The notes: generated from the letters alone by a model not told the origin. A DNA stretch of 43,404 nt from a virus (IMGVR_UViG_3300016722_000004:1-43404); one strand, 5' to 3'. Shown: positions 7,953-16,545, counted from the stretch's first letter. Program-made: numbers and translations.

Positions 7953-8098
7953 AGGGAGGTGATCCCCATCTACGCGAATCCGGGCCCGCGTTAAGACCCG
8001 GCCGCCAGTGCTCCTGAATGGGAAAGGCACTGCATGACATTGAAGCGTAGACGAGGCGAAACGGGACCAAGCCTCAACCAAAGACCCCGATCACTGCA

Positions 8099-8365
8099 AT
8101 GCGAAAGGACGGCTACTACATGTTCACTATGGGCCTGATCGTCGAGGTCTCTGGATACCTCCCCACCTCTACGGTGACGAACTATGACCCCCTCGCCGAA
8201 TCCTTCGCTCTCACGATGCTCGAGCGCGAGGCTGAGGCCCTCGACCTGCCGCGAGCCCTGAGAGCTTCAGATCTCACTCGCATGGCCATGAGGTTCGCCG
8301 TTGTGCCGAGAAGAGAAAAACGGCGCCAGCAGGCTATCACCCAGCGGCAAAAAGTACCGCCCTAG
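8099..8365 (+). CDS. Possible hypothetical protein
   Basis: 88 aa ORF; AAGGA could serve an internal ATG near 8120. Confidence 0.35.
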   Translation: MRKDGYYMFTMGLIVEVSGYLPTSTVTNYDPLAESFALTMLEREAEALDLPRALRASDLTRMAMRFAVVPRREKRRQQAITQRQKVPP

Positions 8366-9053
8366 CTTGAGCCATCAGGCGCGTCCGTATCCGATCAGTC
8401 GGCGGGGCATAAGCGCGCTTTGAAGTCTAGATATTGGCGAGGAGCCGGAACCGAATAAACCGTGCTGACGGTGGAAAGACACTAAGAGCCCGACTGACGT
8501 TCGGGCGACCAGGGCGAGATGGCAGAACGGAGATGCCGGGCGAATAGAATCCCGCGGCTGGGATAGCCCGTTACGCCAGATAATCATGCGGGTTCGACTC
8601 CCGCCTTGCCCATTGCTCTTGGTTTGGCCCTTACGGGTATAAGCAATCGGCAGCACAAGGCCAGGATATGGCTGCCGCGCATTGCCAGGCGTGGTGATAA
8701 AAGGCTTGTCAACGAGGCGCGGACCCGGCCGTTGGCGCGTGGCCCCGGCGAAACGGGGCAGGAAGCGAGGCCGCAAGGGTAAGGCGGCTGACACCTTTCA
8801 AAGCGCGAGAGTGGCTTATATGTCGCGCCTCCGGGCCAACGCCGGACGCTTCCATTCCGCTCTTTTGGAGCGGGCGTTTAGGTCCACCGAGGATAATTCC
8901 GAGGGCTACGCCGTTGGCGCCCCTCGGAGTTTTGCACAATTCCAGGGCCGACGTAACACGACTTTGTGCATTCGCCCATGTCGTCCATGGCCGGGTTTCT
9001 CGGCCTCCTTTCCCGGCTCGCCTCGCAGTCAGGCGCGACATGGGCTTCTTTTT
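8366..9053 (+). ncRNA. Large structured ncRNA candidate (GOLLD/ROOL-like class)
   Basis: ~690 nt without a credible ORF; long-range helix 8414-8424/8797-8807, many hairpins, embedded tRNA-like element, terminal stem plus U-run. Confidence 0.6.
8512..8612 (+). tRNA. Aberrant tRNA-Leu(TAG)-like element
   Basis: Acceptor GGGCGAG/CTTGCCC-A, Leu-like D arm, perfect T arm GCGGG-TTCGACT-CCCGC; mismatched anticodon stem, A at position 33, ~33-nt variable region. Confidence 0.55.
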
Positions 9054-9068
9054 CAACAGGAGAACGTT

Positions 9069-9323
9069 ATGCGCTATCGAGTGACCGCGACAGTCGAGAT
9101 TCTCGTTGATGTTGAAAAGGGCGGAGAGAAGGCGGCCGAGTCACTCGTCAAGCGTCACGTGCTCAATGGCTGGTTGCTGAAAGAGATTGAGGGCCTCGCG
9201 ACTGAATCAATGCACTACATGGTCAAGGGGCTGTCGGGGAAGATCGAGGACACGAAGCCCTTCGAGGGCGGAAATAAGGAAGTGGAAATCAAAGAGGAGG
9301 CCGAGGAATGTCAGTTGTATTGA
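9069..9323 (+). CDS. Hypothetical protein
   Basis: CAGGAG SD, ATG 9069. Confidence 0.7.
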   Translation: MRYRVTATVEILVDVEKGGEKAAESLVKRHVLNGWLLKEIEGLATESMHYMVKGLSGKIEDTKPFEGGNKEVEIKEEAEECQLY

Positions 9324-9496
9324 TCGTCATCCTGGTAGTCGTTGCCATTATTGTTTTCCTTTTCGTCCTGCCACCCTTCGTCCTCTCGGGGAAGATCTCG
9401 CCGGACTGCGCAAGCTCGCGGAGCGCGAAGCGTCCGACGAGTCGCCTATCGCGAGAGAAGCAAGGAAGGCGGCGGAAGAGCTGCCGGGAAGGCGTC

Positions 9497-9967
9497 ATGA
9501 AGCGCCTTCCCCTTCTTCTTGTCGTTCTCTCGATCGTGCTTCTCTCCTCGGCTCTCCCTTACGCCCGCCCCGCGCCCGTAGTGAATCTTCGCGACCCGCT
9601 CCTCTCCGGCATCCAGGCCGCCGCCCTCAAGACAGGCGCGCCCGAGCCGACTCTGGACGGGCTTGCCTTCGTCGAGAGCTCCGGCCGGCCTGACCCGCAG
9701 CATATCGACCCGGCTGACAAAGGGCGCTTTGGGCTGCACGAGACGCCCGCCTACCACGCGGAACGCGCGAAGAAATACGGCGCCTACGATGCGCTCGATC
9801 CCTACGATTCCGCTTACATCGCGGGCCGGCTCTATACCGACGCCCTCGCGGCCCTGGGAAGCGAGGACGCCGCGATCTGCGCGCACAAGCAGGGCATCGA
9901 GGGAGTATGGCGCGACGGGCTGCTGGGATGGTATCTCGCGAGAGTGAAGAAAGGGGCGACGAAATGA
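9497..9967 (+). CDS. Secreted lytic transglycosylase (SLT-like); may extend upstream to 9308
   Basis: Signal-like MKRLPLLLVVLSIVLL; LAFVESS catalytic Glu, G.FGL, DPYDS..IAGR, AICAHKQG. Confidence 0.7.
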   Translation: MKRLPLLLVVLSIVLLSSALPYARPAPVVNLRDPLLSGIQAAALKTGAPEPTLDGLAFVESSGRPDPQHIDPADKGRFGLHETPAYHAERAKKYGAYDALDPYDSAYIAGRLYTDALAALGSEDAAICAHKQGIEGVWRDGLLGWYLARVKKGATK

Positions 9968-10230
9968 AGGAAGACGAACAGCTCGACGTTGAGATGCAGC
10001 TCCTCGAGATAGCGCATAGGCTCCGGGCCTGCGCCGCCGCATATCGCGTCGAGAAAGAAGAAACGGCGAAACTCCTGCGCTACCTCGACGCTGAATGCAT
10101 AGAGCGCCGCAAGGCCGTGGCTCGCGCCGAATTGGCCGAGAGGCAATATGCGGAGCTGAGGGAAGACGCCTTTTCGATAAGCACCGCTCTTCTCACCCGC
10201 CACGAAGCCGAGAGGAAGGCCCTCAAATGA
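9964..10230 (+). CDS. Hypothetical coiled-coil protein
   Basis: ATGA coupling at both ends. Confidence 0.65.
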   Translation: MKEDEQLDVEMQLLEIAHRLRACAAAYRVEKEETAKLLRYLDAECIERRKAVARAELAERQYAELREDAFSISTALLTRHEAERKALK

Positions 10231-10568
10231 GCGACGTACTCCTTGGCGGTAACGACCCCGGCTGGCTTTGCGTCTCGCGCCTCGACGCCGGAAGCTCTCG
10301 CGCTGTCGCATCGGCTAAATATTCCAGCCCTGAAATCAGCGCGCGATGCAAGGCGGCTCGCGAGAAATGGATGGAGAGCATCACGCCGCCCGGGCATATA
10401 ACCGTCAACACGGCCGAAAAGCGCTATGGGCTAGGGACAGGGCTTTTACTCAAGGCCACCCGACGCGGGGAGATTCCCTTCGTCAGGGCGAAGCAATTTC
10501 ACTTCGTGCGGCCTGAAGACGTCGAGTCATGGATTGAAGCGCATGACAGGAAAAGAGAGGCCGCATGA
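10227..10568 (+). CDS. Protein with C-terminal excisionase-like HTH
   Basis: ITVNTAEKRYGL...RRGEIPFVR..FHFVRPEDVESWI. Confidence 0.65.
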   Translation: MSDVLLGGNDPGWLCVSRLDAGSSRAVASAKYSSPEISARCKAAREKWMESITPPGHITVNTAEKRYGLGTGLLLKATRRGEIPFVRAKQFHFVRPEDVESWIEAHDRKREAA

Positions 10569-10753
10569 GCGCACTTCGTTCCGACCCTCTCCTCTCAGAG
10601 ATCCGCCACGAAGCTCTCTACGGCCCGGATTCGGGAAGCAAGTTCGCCATGGACGCGCTGAAGCTCTGCGACGAATTCGAGATCATGCGCGGCATGGCGC
10701 TACGAGCGGATGAGACAATCCACGAGCTCATGAAAGGGAGAGAAAAGATATGA
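10565..10753 (+). CDS. Hypothetical protein
   Basis: Coupled overlaps, GAGG SD. Confidence 0.6.
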   Translation: MSALRSDPLLSEIRHEALYGPDSGSKFAMDALKLCDEFEIMRGMALRADETIHELMKGREKI

Positions 10754-11409
10754 GCCTGAATGAATCAAAGGGCAACATGTATGACTTCGTGACGCACACC
10801 TGGAACACCGTGAAGGGCGAGTGCCCGCATGGCTGCACTTATTGCTATATGAAACGATGGGGCAAGCAGCGCCCCGTCTACTTCGACAAGCGTGAAATGA
10901 AGGCAGACCTCGGCGAGGGGAATTTTATCTTCGTGGGGTCAAGTTGCGATCTCTTCGCAGATGCTATCCCTTACGAGTGGATAGGAAAGACCCTGGAAAA
11001 ATGTCGATGGGCGCACAGAAATCGCTACCTATTCCAGTCAAAAAATCCCGGTCGCATCAGAACTTGTGACGAATATTTCCCCGAATCGTCTATCGTCTGT
11101 ACGACGATCGAGACGAATCGATCCTATCCCTGCATGGAGCATTCTCCTTCGCCGTCGCTTCGCGTGGCCGGTATGGAGACGCTTAGGTTTCCACGCTTCG
11201 TCACCATCGAGCCCATCCTCGACTTTGATCTTTATCCCCTCATCGAACTCGTGAAACGCTGCGAGCCCCTACAGGTCAACATCGGCGCTGATTCGGGCAG
11301 GAATGGATTACCCGAGCCCACGGCATTCCAAGTCGCGGCCCTTATCGATGAACTCTCGAAATTCACGACAATCGCGCGGAAGACGAATCTTTTGAGGCTT
11401 CTCGCATGA
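10750..11409 (+). CDS. DUF5131 (Gp37/Gp68) radical-SAM-like protein
   Basis: TWN..GECPHGCTYCY CxxxCxxC, FVGSSCDLF, QSKNP, TIEP. Confidence 0.85.
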   Translation: MSLNESKGNMYDFVTHTWNTVKGECPHGCTYCYMKRWGKQRPVYFDKREMKADLGEGNFIFVGSSCDLFADAIPYEWIGKTLEKCRWAHRNRYLFQSKNPGRIRTCDEYFPESSIVCTTIETNRSYPCMEHSPSPSLRVAGMETLRFPRFVTIEPILDFDLYPLIELVKRCEPLQVNIGADSGRNGLPEPTAFQVAALIDELSKFTTIARKTNLLRLLA

Positions 11410-11714
11410 TTATCTACATCATCGGCCCTATCCAGGGCCGCGTAGACGGGAACCGGGCCGCCTTCGATTCAGCCCTCCGGGAGACTCGTGCTCGCTACCC
11501 CGGCGCCTTCATCGTTCTCCCCCGCGATATCTATACCCCGTCCACGCCCGAGGCCCGCCGCTGCCCTGCGCTCAGGTGGTGCGAGGCGATGATCGTATGC
11601 GTCCCGGTTGCCCGCGCGGCTGACCTGATAGTGGCGCTGTACGACTGGCAGACCTCGCCAGGGGCCCGCGTCGAGGAGCGAGAGAGGACGGGACGGCTTG
11701 AGGTGCTCGAGTGA
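11406..11714 (+). CDS. DUF4406 / nucleoside deoxyribosyltransferase-like protein
   Basis: IYIIGPIQG..N..AF, AD.I..L..W..SPGARVE. Confidence 0.75.
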   Translation: MIIYIIGPIQGRVDGNRAAFDSALRETRARYPGAFIVLPRDIYTPSTPEARRCPALRWCEAMIVCVPVARAADLIVALYDWQTSPGARVEERERTGRLEVLE

Positions 11715-13297
11715 AATCTCTCCGCTCTCACCAGTCCGCGACTCTCCGCATCGCTCAGGACATCGCCGCAGGCGCGCCCATCCGTCGCATCTGCGAGGCC
11801 GTCACCCCGGGCGGCGGCAAGTCCGCGCTCCCCGGCATCCTCGCCGACGTGCTCACGCCCTCGATAGCCGACCGCCTCCTCTGGGTGGTCCCGCGCAACT
11901 CCCTGCGCGAGCAGGCTGAGACGGACTTCCCCGAGTGGAGCCACTTCCGCATCCGGGCCGCCGGGAACGAGGTCGACCCGTGTCGAGGCGTCGAGGGCTA
12001 CGTCACAACCTATCAGGCGATCTCCTGGGCCCCATGGCGACACTTCCAGGAGCTCTCCTCCTGGCACAAGTGGATCCTCTTCCTCGACGAACCCCACCAC
12101 GTCCGCCAGGGTGGCGAATGGGACGAGGCCATTGCGCCCCTCGTAAAGCTTGCCCGCCTCGTCGTCTATGCCTCGGGCACCTTCTCCCGCGGAGACGGCC
12201 AGCCGATCGCCGGGCTCGAGTATGGCCCTGACGGCCTTCCTCTCCTGGGGGACGGCCCCGAGACGGCGACAGTCCGCTATTCCCGCACCGACGCGCTCCG
12301 TGAGGGCGCTATCGTTCCGGTTCACTTCCGGCACCTCGACGGCCGCGCTGAATGGGAAGACGAACAGGGCGAGATCCGCTCGGCCGACACGCTGGCCGGC
12401 CGCGACTACGCGAGCGAGGCGCTCTTTACGGCCCTACGGACCGGCTACGCGCTCGAGCTCCTCGATGAGGCCCTGGCTCACTGGCTTGAGTACCGCCGGA
12501 CGACCTACCCGGCGGGCAAGCTCCTCGTCGTGGCGCCCGATATCAAGACGGCGAGCGAATACCTTCGCCACCTTCAGGGCCGCGGCATCGACGCGCTCAT
12601 GGCCTCCTCAGACGACAGCCCGGCGGCGGCCCAGGCTATCGCTCGCTTCAAGGGCCGCGCGGCGCCCGCGGTTGACTGCCTCGTCACGGTGGCCATGGCC
12701 TACGAAGGGATGAGCGTCCCAGCCGTCTCTCATATTGCCTGCCTCACGCACATCCGCTCCCTCCCTTGGCTCGAGCAGTGCTTCGCCCGCGCGAACCGGA
12801 CGGCGCCCGGGAAGCGTGAAGCCTTCGTCTTCGGCCCCGCCGATGCGCGCTATTGCGAGGCTATCGCCTCCATCGAGGCCGAGCAGGTCGAAGCGCTCAA
12901 AGACGCGTCAGAGGGCCGCCCTAACGAAGCGGGCGGGGATTCCGAGGGAAGCGGTAGCGGACGGCCGGGCATTCGGCCCATCGGCTCCTCGGCCTACCGG
13001 GATGATGCGAATGCGCTTTTCGGTGTCACCAATTTCCGGGAATCCGAGCAAAACGTCAACATACCCCGGCCCGACGGCGGGCTGACGCCCTCGGCCGCGC
13101 AGCGACTCCTCCGCAAGGAGATCTCGGACCACATCGTGACGAAGCTCGCGACGACGCGGCCCGGTTCGAAAGCGGCTTACTCGAGGATCATCCATGCGGC
13201 GCTGAAAAGGGTAGCAGGAGGGAAGGCGCGAGAAGACTGCACGGTCGAAGAGCTGACCGCGCAGTGGGCGTACCTCAAGGAGAGGTGGCCGCTATGA
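11711..13297 (+). CDS. Superfamily II (DExH) helicase
   Basis: LRSHQ Q motif, TPGGGKS, DEPHH, SGT, EGMSVP, QCFARANR. Confidence 0.85.
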   Translation: MKSLRSHQSATLRIAQDIAAGAPIRRICEAVTPGGGKSALPGILADVLTPSIADRLLWVVPRNSLREQAETDFPEWSHFRIRAAGNEVDPCRGVEGYVTTYQAISWAPWRHFQELSSWHKWILFLDEPHHVRQGGEWDEAIAPLVKLARLVVYASGTFSRGDGQPIAGLEYGPDGLPLLGDGPETATVRYSRTDALREGAIVPVHFRHLDGRAEWEDEQGEIRSADTLAGRDYASEALFTALRTGYALELLDEALAHWLEYRRTTYPAGKLLVVAPDIKTASEYLRHLQGRGIDALMASSDDSPAAAQAIARFKGRAAPAVDCLVTVAMAYEGMSVPAVSHIACLTHIRSLPWLEQCFARANRTAPGKREAFVFGPADARYCEAIASIEAEQVEALKDASEGRPNEAGGDSEGSGSGRPGIRPIGSSAYRDDANALFGVTNFRESEQNVNIPRPDGGLTPSAAQRLLRKEISDHIVTKLATTRPGSKAAYSRIIHAALKRVAGGKAREDCTVEELTAQWAYLKERWPL

Positions 13298-13299
13298 GA

Positions 13300-13485
13300 C
13301 TAGTCGGAAGTTGGGGGGGATTGGAGTTTGCGGACGAGCTCGCGAATAGCGGGGTCGGAATTGTAGGCAAGAAAAATCCTATCAATAAGGTTGTTTCTCG
13401 AGCGCCCTTCGGCCTCAGCATGCTTCGCAAGCTGATCCATAACCTCGGAGTCGAGTCGCAGATTGAAAGGCTCTTTCTTCGCCAT
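13300..13485 (-). CDS. Arc-family RHH regulator
   Basis: KEPFNLRLDSEVMDQLAKHAEAEGRSRNNLI. Confidence 0.8.
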   Translation of the reverse strand: MAKKEPFNLRLDSEVMDQLAKHAEAEGRSRNNLIDRIFLAYNSDPAIRELVRKLQSPPTSD

Positions 13486-13553
13486 GGCCGCATTGTAGCC
13501 GGAAGTATTGTCCTTGTAAACCATTTCCGTCATAGGTACCCTCTTGTAGATTT

Positions 13554-13604
13554 AATGTAAATACACTTGACTACAGAGTCAAGCAGTAATAAGATGTAAA
13601 TACA
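13554..13604. promoter_or_regulatory. Overlapping divergent promoters with operator repeats
   Basis: (+) TTGACT-N17-TAAGAT; (-) TTGACT-N17-TACATT; ATGTAAATACA at 13555 and 13594. Confidence 0.75.
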
Positions 13605-13627
13605 AAGTAAATGAGAGGAGACCGGAG

Positions 13628-13843
13628 ATGCCGACTGACAAACTTTCGAGATATGTCGAGGAGACGCGGACCTACATGGAGAGCGCCAGGGGGAAGGCCA
13701 ACTGGCTGCGCAACCTCTACGCCTACGGGATGAGCTACCAGCGCAACCTCGCCGCGGCCGTGATGACGGCAACGCATCTCATCGTGTACGAACGCATCCA
13801 GGCCGTCGTCGAGGCGCTCCAGGAAGAGAGGGTAGCGGCATGA
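13628..13843 (+). CDS. Hypothetical protein
   Basis: GAGGAG SD, downstream of promoter. Confidence 0.75.
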   Translation: MPTDKLSRYVEETRTYMESARGKANWLRNLYAYGMSYQRNLAAAVMTATHLIVYERIQAVVEALQEERVAA

Positions 13844-14619
13844 AGGCGACCAGAGAACAGAGAGCGGAGCGCCTCTCCGAGCGCGCTGCGAAGACACGGG
13901 CCGAAGCCGCCCAGGCTTTTGCCGAGGGCGACAAGATGGCGTCGGTCATCCCCTTCGGGCAGCCCATTCTCGTGGGCCACTACTCCGAGAAGCGGGACCG
14001 AAACTACCGCGCGAAGATCAATCGAAAATTCGACAAGGCCATCGAGTTGTCACATGATGCCGAGGAGCTCGACCGCCGGGCCGAGGCCGCGGCCAACAAC
14101 ACGGCGATCTATGCGGACGCCGCCGACCCGGTAGCCGAGCTTGACGCCCGCATCGCCGAGCTCGAGGCGAAACAGGAAACGATGAAGCGAGCGAACGCCC
14201 TCGTCAAAAAACTCCTTGCGGGGGATGAGAGGGCAAGGGGCGCTCTCGTGGAGCTCCTGGGCGGCGCGGAAGTCGCCCGCGTTCTGACTCCCCCTCAGCC
14301 GTATCGCCCGGGCTACGAGTCATTCACACTCACGAACAACTCCGCGAATATCCGCCGGCTCAAAGCGCGACGCGAGCAGCTCGCCACCCTCAAGGCCATG
14401 CCGCGCGTCGAGCGCACGGTCGGCGCGGTGAAGGTAGTTGAGAATCCCGATCTTGCTCGGATCCAGCTTTTCTTCCCCGGCAAGCCCGATGAGGCAACAC
14501 GCTCGAAGCTCAAGGCTCATGGGTTCCGCTGGGCACCATCAGAAAAGGCCTGGCAGCGACAACTCAATGCCAATGGACGTTACGCGGCCGAGGCCGTACT
14601 TAAGGAGATAGCTCAATGA
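13840..14619 (+). CDS. DUF3560 family protein
   Basis: IPFGQPILVGHYSEKRDRNYR; RIQLFFPGKPD..RSKLK..GFRWAPS..AWQR. Confidence 0.85.
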   Translation: MKATREQRAERLSERAAKTRAEAAQAFAEGDKMASVIPFGQPILVGHYSEKRDRNYRAKINRKFDKAIELSHDAEELDRRAEAAANNTAIYADAADPVAELDARIAELEAKQETMKRANALVKKLLAGDERARGALVELLGGAEVARVLTPPQPYRPGYESFTLTNNSANIRRLKARREQLATLKAMPRVERTVGAVKVVENPDLARIQLFFPGKPDEATRSKLKAHGFRWAPSEKAWQRQLNANGRYAAEAVLKEIAQ

Positions 14620-14831
14620 CCTTCCGCTATGGCGACCGCGTGAGCCACGACGGCCAGGAGGCAAAGGTCCTCGCCGTTGCCTATGGTCTCGAGCCCGCGC
14701 TGGATCAAGTGACTATCAAGGGCGAGGGGAGGGCTGAAACGCTCCCGGCCTCGAGCCTTGTTCTGGTTGAGCGGCCCACGCTTACCCCGAGCGTTCCACA
14801 GGGCGATCTCTTCGCCGAGGCTTCAGCATGA
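14616..14831 (+). CDS. Hypothetical protein
   Basis: AAGGAG SD, coupled. Confidence 0.7.
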   Translation: MTFRYGDRVSHDGQEAKVLAVAYGLEPALDQVTIKGEGRAETLPASSLVLVERPTLTPSVPQGDLFAEASA

Positions 14832-15007
14832 GCGAGCATAAGTTATCCTGTGGCCATACCAACACGGATGATCTCACCGCTGGGCTCGGAGAGATCGGCC
14901 CCAACATCATCTGCCATGTCTGCGGACGGCATTACTACAAGGGCCGCGAATGGAGCCGCGAGGAGTGGGATGATTATGTCAACGCCACCAAGCAGGCCCG
15001 CTTATGA
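14828..15007 (+). CDS. 59-aa zinc-ribbon-like protein (absent from ORF track)
   Basis: MSEHKLSCGH...ICHVCGRHYYKG; ATGA overlaps at both ends. Confidence 0.6.
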   Translation: MSEHKLSCGHTNTDDLTAGLGEIGPNIICHVCGRHYYKGREWSREEWDDYVNATKQARL

Positions 15008-15342
15008 TCGCGCCTGTTGTTCTTCTTACTCGGAGTCGCTCCGGTGCTCTCGTCGCTCGGCCTCCTCTCCTTCTCCCGTGCGAGACCTGCCCCGACGCGG
15101 GGCTCTGCGATGGGACTTTTCCCTGTCCGAAATCAGATCCCGAGGAGGACCTTGTCATGATCGATGCCTATGTCTTCAAGCGCGGCGATGTAGAGCCAAT
15201 GTCTATGAGTTTCTTCTCGATGGAGGAGCTACTCAAATTCAGCAGCGAGCGCCCCGAGACAAGCGTCTACCTCTACGACGACCCGGCTCATTTCTACCGG
15301 GCCGGAGAAGTTATCGAAATCAAGACGGCCGAAACCGTTTAG
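15004..15342 (+). CDS. Hypothetical protein (start uncertain)
   Basis: ORF track; internal GAGGAGG SD before ATG near 15157. Confidence 0.5.
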   Translation: MIAPVVLLTRSRSGALVARPPLLLPCETCPDAGLCDGTFPCPKSDPEEDLVMIDAYVFKRGDVEPMSMSFFSMEELLKFSSERPETSVYLYDDPAHFYRAGEVIEIKTAETV

Positions 15343-15456
15343 ATCCTTCCCCGCCGGGCAGCTTCCCCACTGCCCGGTTGGCCCGCCTCGGAGACGCCTA
15401 CACGCGGCGCGGGCTGTTGACGCCAAGAGCTCCGGATTTCAAGCAAGGAGGACAAC

Positions 15457-16545
15457 GTGACACCGAAACAAGCTCGCGACTTCATCGCGAAATATCCCAA
15501 CGCAAAGAGCTTTGTGAAGCCTTCTCACCTTGAGGAGCTTTCGCCTCTCTTCGAGGTCCACATCGAGGCCATTATCTGCCGCAAGGACGAGTTTCACGAC
15601 CTTCCGGGCGGTGTGTCCATGCCGCGAAAAGAGACGCTCGACAAGTTCGCAGCGGCCGCAGGCGTATCCTACAACGGTGCGAATGAGTCAACCCGGAAGG
15701 AAGGTGAAGGCTGCTACGTCGGCCGCTCGCAGGCCATGGTTGTGGGGCCAGACGGCAAGATGATCCTTGGCGACGTTTGCGAATATGAGTTTGACGTAGA
15801 CGTCCGCCTCGAAGAACTCAAGCTGAACGGTAAGGCTGATTGGGAACACAAGAATGGTAACCGACCTGGCCGGCGTGAGTATACCGACATAGAGCTTGCC
15901 CAGGAGCGGATCCAGCTATGGAAGGTCGCCCGCCAGCGCGCTAACACTGGCGCCCGCAATCGCGCGACCGTCTCGATACTCGGCATGCAGACCGGTTTCA
16001 AGGGGCTTTTCCAGAGCAATGACCCCGACACGAAGACCGTGACCTTCCTTTTTTCCCGCATCATCGTCAACGCGAAGAATGAGCTCGTGATGAACCGGAT
16101 GCTCGACGGAATCGCCGGGAATGCCGCCGCGCTCTTCGGCCCCCAGGCAGTCACGCAGCTTGCCGCCCCCGCCGTACAGGCGACCCCCGAGGAACCGCGC
16201 GACGTGACGCACAGCGCCGACGAGGCTCCGGACGATTTCAATGGCGCTCCTGGCTTTGACGAGCCGCCCGCGGCAGACCCCGAAGCTACCGCAATCGCGG
16301 CCGAGCTCAACGAATGGGCCCAGGTGACAGAGGAGCGCATCGCGTGGCGGGCGAAGAAGATTCTCGACTCGGGCGAGGGCAACCTCAAGGTCCTCAAGCC
16401 TGCGATCGAGATAATCCGCTACCTCGGGAAGGGCGGGAAGAAAGGCTCCAAGGAGTGCGCGACTGCCCTCGACATGTCGCCCCTCGACCCCGTAATCCTG
16501 GCCGACCTCGCGGGCAAGGTTCGCGGAATTCAGGTGCCTGCATGA
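15457..16545 (+). CDS. Possible single-strand annealing/recombination protein
   Basis: AAGGAGG SD; RANTGARNRA..ILG motif followed by a low-complexity acidic linker; upstream of SbcDC and SSB. Confidence 0.45.
   Translation: MTPKQARDFIAKYPNAKSFVKPSHLEELSPLFEVHIEAIICRKDEFHDLPGGVSMPRKETLDKFAAAAGVSYNGANESTRKEGEGCYVGRSQAMVVGPDGKMILGDVCEYEFDVDVRLEELKLNGKADWEHKNGNRPGRREYTDIELAQERIQLWKVARQRANTGARNRATVSILGMQTGFKGLFQSNDPDTKTVTFLFSRIIVNAKNELVMNRMLDGIAGNAAALFGPQAVTQLAAPAVQATPEEPRDVTHSADEAPDDFNGAPGFDEPPAADPEATAIAAELNEWAQVTEERIAWRAKKILDSGEGNLKVLKPAIEIIRYLGKGGKKGSKECATALDMSPLDPVILADLAGKVRGIQVPA

Noticed and set aside
8003-8035. Cobalamin riboswitch (GCCAGTG...GGGAAAGG resembles part of the B12 box)
   Set aside because: Other core motifs are not found and there is no related downstream gene
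8541-8550. Amber suppressor tRNA or stop-codon recoding
   Set aside because: Anticodon TAG reads Leu CTA, not UAG; genes are intact under the standard code and several end properly at TAG
8366-9053. Group I/II intron, or coding ORFs 8375-8794, 8682-9068, 8709-9056
   Set aside because: No interrupted gene and no recognisable domain V or P7 core; the ORFs lack SDs and have low-complexity Arg/Pro/Gly composition
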